A DNA stretch of 7,806 nucleotides from Okeania sp. GTDB lineage: Bacteria; Cyanobacteriota; Cyanobacteriia; Cyanobacteriales; Microcoleaceae. The stretch is from positions 1 to 7,806 of the forward strand of contig NZ_JAYKGW010000049.1 of NCBI RefSeq assembly GCF_035285525.1, in the 5' to 3' direction. Shown here in pieces: positions 1-5,998 of this stretch (the first letter of the stretch is position 1; each line of letters opens with the position of its first letter). Below the pieces are notes generated by a model. The model ran no database searches and was not told the DNA's origin. It was given only the letters and a program-made list of their open reading frames with translations. Position numbers and translations under genes: made by a program.

Positions 1-42
1 GCGTTCCCATTGGTCATCCCGTAAGGCATAACGTCTAGTCAT
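1..42 (-). CDS. IS5-family transposase, N-terminal 14 codons only (gene continues beyond the left edge)
   Basis: The reverse complement of 1..42 reads ATG ACT AGA CGT TAT GCC TTA CGG GAT GAC CAA TGG GAA CGC = MTRRYALRDDQWER. This matches the M-x-RRY-x-L-x-D-x-QWE opening that I recall for single-ORF IS5-family (DUF4096-type N-terminus) transposases common in cyanobacteria. Only 14 aa are visible. It is open-ended, so it is not in the ORF track. Confidence 0.45.
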   Translation of the reverse strand, partial: MTRRYALRDDQWER

Positions 43-326
43 TTAGAACATTCCTACTTATGTTATTCTTCATAAGCATATTATACTTTTAATGTCAACC
101 TCTATAATTGATGACACGCCCTAGGAAGATGAATAAAAATAAAAAATGGATTATTTTATATATATTATAAGAGTTTATTAAGTTATATCTGTTTTGATGG
201 CAAGTATTCATGATCTTTATCTTTCTCCTTACTGCCTATTGCCTACTCTCCTCGCCATTTCTAATCTCCCCTTAAGAAATAAATTTTTTTCCTTTTATTC
301 AATCCTATCCGTTTTTAGGGAGAGGT

Positions 327-347
327 AATTATCAATTATCAATTATT
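327..347. repeat. Heptamer tandem repeat AATTATC x3 (third copy AATTATT)
   Basis: Read directly: aattatc aattatc aattatt. It has the same format as the short tandemly repeated heptamers typical of heterocystous cyanobacteria, but the sequence differs from the classic STRR units. Confidence 0.6.
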
Positions 348-377
348 GAAAGATGTCTATGTTGTCAATTATATATA

Positions 378-478
378 GGACTTACACGGGAGGAACCCGG
401 TTTCTAGGATAAATCGTTGTTTTGAGCAGTAATAATCTACCCTCGTACCGGGTTTCTAGGTTCACGTGGCTTGAGTCC
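378..478. repeat. About 100-bp imperfect inverted-repeat (MITE-like / long hairpin) element
   Basis: The left end is GGACT-TA-CACG-GGAGG-AACCCGGT. The reverse complement of the right end is GGACT-CAAGC-CACG-TGAACCTAGA-AACCCGGT. The blocks are shared in the same order with indels. Internally, CCGGTTTCTAGG and CGGGTTTCTAGG occur as direct repeats. The GGACTTAC... opening resembles a dispersed Nostoc repeat family that I recognise only loosely. Confidence 0.45.
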
Positions 479-502
479 TGATCTAGATGCAATAACTTTA
501 TA

Positions 503-519
503 GTAACCGGATTTTATAT
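503..519. repeat. Dispersed 17-nt repeat GTAACCGGATTTTATAT, copy 1
   Basis: Identical to 5652-5668 in the same orientation. Copy 1 sits in a 31-bp segment (503-533) flanked by a perfect 11-bp direct repeat ATAACTTTATA (492-502 and 534-544). Confidence 0.7.
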
Positions 520-932
520 CAAATTATCGCCTTATAACTTTATACTATAGGTTGCAATAATCACAAATTTTTAGTATTAAAAGTTACAATTCTTCTCTCC
601 ATCTACCTTAATTCATAAGATAAGTTAAAGATAGCCCCAAGAAACGAAATATCACCCTAATAATTTTAGAAAGGAACCCATTAGTAAAAAACCATAAAAT
701 AGTTAGCTAACTCCAGCCAATTAATTTTAGCTGAATTGTCAACAAGCCTCACAATGATTGTCTGTAAATATTCTCTAGTGGTTTGAGATTAATAGGGCTG
801 GCTGTTTCCCAAGTTACGCCTGTGAACTGGAGGGAGCCGACTCCCCAAGTTGAAACAGGAAGCAAGGATCTTTACATTGGCATTACCAAGTTTTGCCACA
901 AGTGTATAGGTATTGTACCGCAGATGAAAAAT

Positions 933-938
933 AAGGAG
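933..938 (+). promoter_or_regulatory. Shine-Dalgarno AAGGAG for pntAA
   Basis: AAGGAG lies 5 nt upstream of the ATG at 944. Confidence 0.7.
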
Positions 939-943
939 AATTT

Positions 944-2086
944 ATGAGAATAGCAGTAGCTAAAGAAACTCTGGTCGATGAATCTCGTGTGGCCTTAGTT
1001 CCTGATGTCGTAGCCAAGTTAGTTAAACAGGGGCTAGAAGTAGAAGTAGAAACAGGTGCGGGAGAAAAATCTTTCTTCTTTGATAAAGCTTACGAAGAAG
1101 CTGGAGCCAAGATAATTTCTGACAATGATAGCTTTTGGCGTGAAACTGATGTACTCCTAAAAATTGGGGTACTACAGGATTCAGAAGTTGAGAAATTAAA
1201 AGAGGGTGGTATTGTTATTACTTTTCTTAACCCTCTAGGCAACCCTACTATTGTACAACGTTTAGCTGAACGGAAAATAACTGCATTTAGTATGGAAATG
1301 ATCCCTCGTACCAGTAGGGCGCAAGTTATGGATGCTTTATCTTCTCAAGCTAATATTGGTGGATATAAAGCTGTTTTGTTAGCATCCGCTGCTTTACCTA
1401 AGTTTTTCCCAATGTTGACTACCGCAGCAGGTACTATTAAACCAGCAAAAGTCCTAGTTATGGGAGCAGGGGTTGCTGGTTTACAAGCGATCGCTACTGC
1501 TCGTCGTTTGGGTGCGATAGTAGAAGCGTTTGATATTCGTCCAGAAGTTAAGGAACAGGTGCAAAGTTTGGGAGCAAAATTTGTAGATGTAACTCTCAAA
1601 GAAAGCACTGTTGCTGAGGGTGGTTATGCAAAAGAAATTTCTGAGCAAGCGAAACAACACACTCGTGAAGTTTTGACACAGCACGTTGCTGCTTCAGATA
1701 TTGTCATTACTACTGCTCAAGTTCCTGGTAAAAAGGCGCCATTGCTAGTAACTAAGGAAATGGTAGACCAAATGAAACCAGGTTCAGTAATAGTTGATAT
1801 GGCAGCTATACAGGGTGGTAACTGTGAATGTACTGAAGCAGGCAAAGATGTAGAATGGAATGGCGTGACTATTATTGGTCCTGTAAATTTACCAGGAACT
1901 ATGCAGGTTCACGCTAGTGAATTATATGCTAAAAATATTTCTGCTTTACTCAAGTTAATGGTTAAAGATGGGGAATTAAATCTTAACTTTGAGGATGATA
2001 TTATTTCTGGCGCTTGTGTCACCCATGATGGTGAAATTCGTAATCAAAGAGTAAAAGATGCTCTAGCTGTTGCTGTTGGTAGTTAA
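944..2086 (+). CDS. pntAA: NAD(P) transhydrogenase alpha subunit part 1 (dI, soluble NAD(H)-binding domain; PntAA)
   Basis: A 380-aa ORF with an alanine-dehydrogenase/PNT-type fold signature and the Rossmann motif VLVMGAGVAGLQAIATARRLGA. It is followed by the two membrane subunits in the canonical order. There is a good SD. A HIP1 site lies inside the gene. Confidence 0.96.
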   Translation: MRIAVAKETLVDESRVALVPDVVAKLVKQGLEVEVETGAGEKSFFFDKAYEEAGAKIISDNDSFWRETDVLLKIGVLQDSEVEKLKEGGIVITFLNPLGNPTIVQRLAERKITAFSMEMIPRTSRAQVMDALSSQANIGGYKAVLLASAALPKFFPMLTTAAGTIKPAKVLVMGAGVAGLQAIATARRLGAIVEAFDIRPEVKEQVQSLGAKFVDVTLKESTVAEGGYAKEISEQAKQHTREVLTQHVAASDIVITTAQVPGKKAPLLVTKEMVDQMKPGSVIVDMAAIQGGNCECTEAGKDVEWNGVTIIGPVNLPGTMQVHASELYAKNISALLKLMVKDGELNLNFEDDIISGACVTHDGEIRNQRVKDALAVAVGS

Positions 2087-2112
2087 ATAATCCTAGATGA
2101 TTTATGAAGATT

Positions 2113-2159
2113 TAGGGGTTTGGTCTGAAAACTAAAGGGATTTGGAAACCAAACCCCTA
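2113..2159 (+). other. Intercistronic stem-loop (12-bp perfect stem, 23-nt loop) between pntAA and pntAB
   Basis: TAGGGGTTTGGT (2113-2124) pairs perfectly with ACCAAACCCCTA (2148-2159). No T-run follows on either strand, so it is not a canonical intrinsic terminator. Confidence 0.6.
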
Positions 2160-2211
2160 GGATAAAAATGAGGAATGATTCAATAGTTGAAATAAAGTAA
2201 GATTAAACTTA

Positions 2212-2241
2212 TTCCTTTTTCCTTTTTCCCTCTTCCTTCTC
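2212..2241 (+). other. 30-nt uninterrupted polypyrimidine tract upstream of pntAB
   Basis: ttcctttttcctttttccctcttccttctc contains no purine from 2212 to 2241. It lies 24 nt before the pntAB ATG, which has no recognisable SD. Confidence 0.8.
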
Positions 2242-2265
2242 AAAACAATTAACTCTGAAAAAACT

Positions 2266-2556
2266 ATGAGTGATACATTAATCGCAGCTTTATTTGTATT
2301 TGTTCTGGCATCATTTGCCGGATTTGAAGTTATTAACAAAGTGCCACCAACTCTGCACACACCCCTGATGTCTGGAGCAAACGCCATTTCAGGAATTGCA
2401 GTTTTGGGCGCACTAATCATCGCTGGTGACAAAGATTGGAATGTCACTGTAATTTTAGGTTTGATTGCTGTCGTTTTTGCTACTATTAATGTCGTTGGTG
2501 GCTTTTTAGTAACAGACAGAATGTTGCAAATGTTCAAGAAAAAGGAGACTGCATAA
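2266..2556 (+). CDS. pntAB: NAD(P) transhydrogenase alpha subunit part 2 (small membrane piece of dII; PntAB)
   Basis: A 96-aa hydrophobic protein with about three TM helices. It carries the conserved core FEVINKVPPTLHTPLMSGANAISGI typical of the split alpha C-terminal subunit, and it sits between pntAA and pntB. Confidence 0.93.
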   Translation: MSDTLIAALFVFVLASFAGFEVINKVPPTLHTPLMSGANAISGIAVLGALIIAGDKDWNVTVILGLIAVVFATINVVGGFLVTDRMLQMFKKKETA

Positions 2557-3962
2557 TGACAGACTTTATACCAACCGGAATCCAGTTAAGCTACTTAGTA
2601 GCGGTATCTTTATTTTTCCTGGGACTGAAAAAGTTGGGTTCTCCAGCTACAGCCCGGAATGGTAATTTGTTAGCATCAGTAGGGATGTTTATTGCTATTG
2701 TGGCAACTCTACTCGAAAAAGAAGTTTTGAACTATGAAATGATTCTCATTGGAATCGTCATTGGTTCAATTATTGGAGCGATCGCTGCCTACAAAGTTGA
2801 AATGACTTCCATGCCTCAAATGGTTGGTTTATTCAACGGTTTGGGTGGCGCTGCTTCGGCAATGGTGGCAGTAGGAGAATTTTGGCGGTTTCTAGCTATT
2901 GCTGAGTCACCCCCATTACCTACAACTATTACCGCATTATTAGGTGTCTTAATAGGTGGCGTAACTTTTACAGGTTCTTTAGTTGCTTTTGCTAAACTAC
3001 AAGGAATTATCAGTGGTTCACCTATCACTTTCCCATTACAGCAACCTGTTAATGCTCTCTTATTTGGTGGGTTTATTGCTGCCAGCGTTTATTTGTGTGT
3101 CACACCATTTAATTTACCAGTGTTTTTAGCACTAATAGGTGTGTCTCTAGTATTTGGGATCATGTTTGTGATCCCCATTGGTGGCGGTGATATGCCAGTG
3201 GTGATTTCTTTGTTGAACTCATTTTCTGGATTAGCTGCTAGTGCTGCTGGTTTTGTAGTGATGAACAATCTCTTAATCATCGCAGGTGCATTGGTTGGTG
3301 CTTCTGGTATTATCCTCACAGTTATTATGTGTAAAGGTATGAACCGTTCCTTAACTAATGTACTATTTGCTGCATTTGGTACTGGTGATGGTGGCGGTGC
3401 TGTTGCTGGTGCAGGTAGCAAAACTGATAAGGCAGTTCGTAGTATTGACTCAGAAGAAGGGGCAATGATGTTGGGTTATGCTCGGTCTGTGGTCATTGTA
3501 CCTGGTTATGGTATGGCCGTTGCCCAAGCTCAACATTCTGTCCGAGAGTTAGCGGACCAATTAGAAGGATTGGGCGTTGAGGTTAAATATGCAATTCACC
3601 CAGTTGCTGGCCGGATGCCTGGACACATGAACGTATTATTAGCCGAAGCCAATGTCCCTTATCCTCAGTTATACGATATGGATGACATTAATCCTCAGTT
3701 TGACCAAACAGATGTGGCCTTAGTAATTGGGGCTAATGATGTAGTGAATCCAGCAGCTCGTGCAGACCAGAATAGTCCAATTTATGGAATGCCCATTCTG
3801 GAGGTTGATAAAGCAAAGCATACTATTGTGATTAAGCGCAGTCTCAGCACTGGTTTTGCTGGCGTGGACAATGATTTGTTCTATAAGGATAAGACCATGA
3901 TGCTGTTTGGCAGTGCTAAGGATATGGTTGCTAAGTTGGTTTCCGAAGTTAAGCAACTCTAA
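2556..3962 (+). CDS. pntB: NAD(P) transhydrogenase beta subunit (dII membrane domain + dIII NADP(H)-binding domain; PntB)
   Basis: A 468-aa ORF. The N-terminal part is multi-TM (LGSPATARNGN motif). The C-terminal soluble dIII part carries VPGYGMAVAQAQ, IHPVAGRMPGHMNVLLAEA and GANDVVNP. Its ATG overlaps the pntAB stop (TAATG at 2554-2558), and AAGGAG lies at 2541-2546. Confidence 0.97.
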   Translation: MTDFIPTGIQLSYLVAVSLFFLGLKKLGSPATARNGNLLASVGMFIAIVATLLEKEVLNYEMILIGIVIGSIIGAIAAYKVEMTSMPQMVGLFNGLGGAASAMVAVGEFWRFLAIAESPPLPTTITALLGVLIGGVTFTGSLVAFAKLQGIISGSPITFPLQQPVNALLFGGFIAASVYLCVTPFNLPVFLALIGVSLVFGIMFVIPIGGGDMPVVISLLNSFSGLAASAAGFVVMNNLLIIAGALVGASGIILTVIMCKGMNRSLTNVLFAAFGTGDGGGAVAGAGSKTDKAVRSIDSEEGAMMLGYARSVVIVPGYGMAVAQAQHSVRELADQLEGLGVEVKYAIHPVAGRMPGHMNVLLAEANVPYPQLYDMDDINPQFDQTDVALVIGANDVVNPAARADQNSPIYGMPILEVDKAKHTIVIKRSLSTGFAGVDNDLFYKDKTMMLFGSAKDMVAKLVSEVKQL

Positions 3963-4001
3963 AGCTTAAATGTAGCTTAAATGTAGCTTAAATGTAGCTT
4001 A
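3963..4001. repeat. 11-bp tandem repeat AGCTTAAATGT x3.5
   Basis: Three perfect copies plus a partial one start 1 nt after the pntB stop codon. Confidence 0.85.
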
Positions 4002-4258
4002 GATTACTTAAATTTCAGTTTTTTGAGGTGGTTAACCCTGAGCAATGTTCACTGGTTAATAGTTCTGCAAGTTTGGTGGAACAAACCATTGTTCATTGTT
4101 TAGGGATTATTATTTATATGATGCTTACTATTAATCATTTCTTATAGGAATTAGGGAAAATGTCCTTGGTCATGTTGTAATTTTATATCTTATTAAGAAT
4201 AGACATCTCCAAAAATAAAAAGTAAAATCAATTATTATCCATAAATTATCAATTCTTC

Positions 4259-4291
4259 TTCCCAGTTAAGTGTTCCCAGTTAAGTGTTCCC
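4259..4291. repeat. 14-bp tandem repeat TTCCCAGTTAAGTG x2.4
   Basis: Two perfect copies (4259-4272, 4273-4286) plus TTCCC. Confidence 0.8.
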
Positions 4292-4478
4292 TCTTTTCTA
4301 GAGATATCTAATAGTATTTTTATAAAAGTGTTTGTATATTCACAGTATATTGTGTTAGTATGTAAGCGATAATGAGAATAAGTTCGGTTGCAATGTTTGT
4401 TTATATTGAGGGTCAATTTCCTGTCGTTATTGGCAAGCTTCTCTCCGAAGTCTAAATCTCTACATATCTCTAAAATTT

Positions 4479-4484
4479 GGGAGA
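4479..4484 (+). promoter_or_regulatory. Shine-Dalgarno-like GGGAGA for the RNA-binding protein gene
   Basis: GGGAGA lies 6 nt upstream of the ATG at 4491. Confidence 0.55.
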
Positions 4485-4490
4485 AAATCT

Positions 4491-4790
4491 ATGTCAATTT
4501 ATGTAGGTAACTTATCCTACGAGGTCACACAAGATGACCTAAGTGAAGTTTTTAAGGAGTATGGTACTGTCAAGCGGGTTCAGTTACCAACTGACCGTGA
4601 AACAGGTCGTCCCCGGGGCTTTGGCTTTGTCGAAATGAGTACAGAGGAAGAAGAAACTGCTGCTATTGATGCGCTTGATGGTGCTGAGTGGATGGGTCGT
4701 GATATCAGAGTTAATAAGGCAAAGCCCCGTGAAGATAGAAAATCTGGTGGAGGTTACAATCGCAGAGGCGGTGGTGGTGGTCGCTACTAA
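4491..4790 (+). CDS. RRM-type RNA-binding protein with a glycine-rich C-terminus (cyanobacterial Rbp, class with Gly-rich tail)
   Basis: A 99-aa ORF with RNP2 IYVGNL near the N-terminus, RNP1 RGFGFVEM, and a C-terminal tail SGGGYNRRGGGGGRY. This is the same architecture as the Anabaena rbpA-type cold-regulated proteins. I cannot tell which paralogue it is. Confidence 0.95.
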   Translation: MSIYVGNLSYEVTQDDLSEVFKEYGTVKRVQLPTDRETGRPRGFGFVEMSTEEEETAAIDALDGAEWMGRDIRVNKAKPREDRKSGGGYNRRGGGGGRY

Positions 4791-4844
4791 ATCATAGAAA
4801 GCTAATTATTAGGTTAAATTAATTCCTATAGTTGTTTAGTTTTG

Positions 4845-4907
4845 TAGAAGCAGGTTTGGATAAATGATTTGGTTTTCACCAAAATTTCTGACTCAAACCT
4901 GCTTCTA
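4845..4907 (+). terminator. Nested stem-loop downstream of the rbp gene (possible terminator or stability element)
   Basis: The outer stem is a 14-bp perfect pairing, TAGAAGCAGGTTTG (4845-4858) with CAAACCTGCTTCTA (4894-4907). The inner hairpin is TTTGGT-TTTC-ACCAAA (4868-4883). The T5 run (4914-4918) lies 6 nt beyond the stem, so it is not a textbook intrinsic terminator. Confidence 0.4.
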
Positions 4908-4932
4908 TGTCAATTTTTCAGTAATAACTTTG

Positions 4933-4958
4933 TAGGGACGTTCTATCCAACGTCCCTA
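4933..4958. repeat. GTAGGGACG...CGTCCCTA hairpin repeat, copy 1
   Basis: TAGGGACGTT (4933-4942) pairs with AACGTCCCTA (4949-4958) around a 6-nt loop. The same stem sequence recurs in inverted orientation at 5972-5998. Confidence 0.7.
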
Positions 4959-5119
4959 ATTTAATGACTCGTTTTCTTTTCTCTGATTTCTTTCCGTAGA
5001 TACGATAAATATTTATAGTAATGAGCGCTGGTATATTTAGGGCTTGTTCAAAAAGTATGAAAATAGTTGATTTTTTATTCAAATAAATCTGATAATAATT
5101 TTTTATTATTATAATCTGT

Positions 5120-5633
5120 TCAACCATAAGTTGAAATGATTAAACAGACTACAAAAATAGCTTTTTCTCCAAAAAAGTATAAAAAGAGAGAAAAAGCCTC
5201 TTTCAAGAGGGTAGAAAGATTGATTACCAAGAAAGCAATTGCGATCGCGGTCATGGAAGTTTTAGAAAGTTTTGCCATCACTTTCTCCAAACTAAATCCT
5301 CTTTTTGCTTGTCCGAATTTGCCCTGAATATGATTCCGTAATCTTTCATCTAATTGAGCTTGTTTCTTTTGTTCCTGATCAATATTTTTTGGTGGTCTTT
5401 CCAAAGGAGGGCTGCTGATTCTAATACCTTTCTCTTTACAGAATTGTCGGTTATTCTCTTGTTCTGTAAATTTGGTCTGCATGAACTGATTCTGGGTAAT
5501 AACCTGTTGAATTTTTCAACTCTTCTACTTGAGCCTTTAAATCTCCTGATTCATTATAGTTATCCCAACTTATTCGGTGTAAAAATACATATCCATCAAT
5601 ACAACTTGCAGGGAGATTGAAGTGTCGATAAAA
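5120..5633 (-). pseudogene. IS5/IS1182-like DDE transposase, C-terminal remnant (5'-truncated and frameshifted)
   Basis: Two minus-strand frames join into one transposase C-terminus. Frame A (5633..5454) reads FNLPASCIDGYVFLHRISWDNYNESGDLKAQVEELKNSTGYYPESVHADQIYRTRE and ends at a TAA (5453..5451). The ORF-track frame (5482..5120) continues ENNRQFCKEKGIRISSPPLERPPKN...RNHIQGKFGQAKRGFSLEKVMAKL...AIAIAFLVINLSTLL. There is no N-terminal two-thirds. In-frame stops lie upstream at 5636..5634. Confidence 0.8.
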
Positions 5634-5651
5634 TCATGAACATATACACAT

Positions 5652-5668
5652 GTAACCGGATTTTATAT
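5652..5668. repeat. Dispersed 17-nt repeat GTAACCGGATTTTATAT, copy 2
   Basis: Identical to 503-519. It lies 19 bp beyond the truncated 5' end of the transposase remnant. Confidence 0.7.
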
Positions 5669-5793
5669 AACATAAGTTACGATAAAATTACAGCAGATTC
5701 CGAAGTTATGAAGTTCAGAAATATTAATTATGGCCTGCTGAAAAAGTCTTTTGGTTAAGGTAGGGAGTAGGGAGTAATATGACGTTATAAATA

Positions 5794-5952
5794 AACCCAC
5801 CTCTAACCCCTCCCAGGAGGGGAACTCAGGAGTCAACCCACCCCTAACCCCTCCCAGGAGAGGAAAAGCAGGAGGAAGTTTTTTTATCGCGCTCTGATCC
5901 GGACATGATATAAACCCACCCCTAACCTCTCCCAGGAGGATAAGTTAGGAGG
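5794..5952. repeat. Three copies of an approximately 40-bp repeat (core AACCCACCYCTAACCYCTCCCAGGAG) inside the MITE-like element
   Basis: The copies are at 5794-5832, 5835-5875 and 5913-5952. Copy 1 contains the palindrome CCCCTCC-CA-GGAGGGG (5807-5822). Each copy ends in a second AGGAG(G). Confidence 0.8.
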
Positions 5953-5971
5953 AATGGGAGTTATAGAAGAT

Positions 5972-5998
5972 TAGGGACGCCCTTATGCAACGTCCCTA
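5972..5998. repeat. GTAGGGACG...CGTCCCTA hairpin repeat, copy 2 (inverted relative to copy 1)
   Basis: TAGGGACG (5972-5979) pairs with CGTCCCTA (5991-5998) around an 11-nt loop. The reverse complement reads GTAGGGACGTT...CGTCCCTAA, which gives the same arms as 4932-4959. Confidence 0.7.

Noticed and set aside
701-712. Perfect 12-bp palindrome AGTTAGCTAACT about 230 bp upstream of pntAA
   Set aside because: It could be an operator, but there is a single copy, I recognise no known consensus, and such palindromes arise readily in AT-rich DNA. The evidence is insufficient to call it a regulatory site.
904-918. NtcA-like site GTA-N-TAC upstream of pntAA (GTATAGGTATTGTAC)
   Set aside because: The spacer is 9 nt, not the canonical 8. 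The site also sits only 26 nt before the start codon, which is incompatible with an activator site centred near -41.5 plus a leader carrying the SD.
1345-1684. Minus-strand ORFs 1345..1608 (87 aa) and 1481..1684 (67 aa)
   Set aside because: They are entirely antisense to the well-supported pntAA CDS. The products are low-complexity with no motifs. They are typical shadow ORFs.
2157-2537. Minus-strand ORF 2157..2537 (126 aa)
   Set aside because: It is antisense to pntAB. Its C-terminal RRKREKGKRNK stretch is just the complement of the polypyrimidine tract. No start context or homology is recognisable.
2816-3956. Minus-strand ORFs 2816..3028, 3089..3421 and 3720..3956
   Set aside because: All are antisense shadows inside pntB. 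The Pro/Ala/Thr-rich translations mirror the Gly/Ala/Val-rich membrane protein on the plus strand.
4918-5127. Minus-strand ORF 4918..5127 (69 aa)
   Set aside because: It is an AT-rich, Ile/Lys/Tyr-rich low-complexity translation. It runs through the GTAGGGACG hairpin repeat and the region downstream of the transposase remnant. There is no RBS and no recognisable family.
5136-5620. Plus-strand ORFs 5136..5327 (63 aa) and 5354..5620 (88 aa)
   Set aside because: They are antisense to the transposase pseudogene, whose minus-strand frames carry clear transposase motifs. These are shadow ORFs.
1-5633. Composite transposon formed by the edge transposase (1-42) and the remnant (5120-5633) carrying pnt and rbp
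   Set aside because: The two transposase fragments belong to different types. One has an MTRRYALRDDQWE-type N-terminus and the other an IEGKFGQ-type C-terminus. No matching terminal repeats are visible. pnt and rbp are core housekeeping-type genes.
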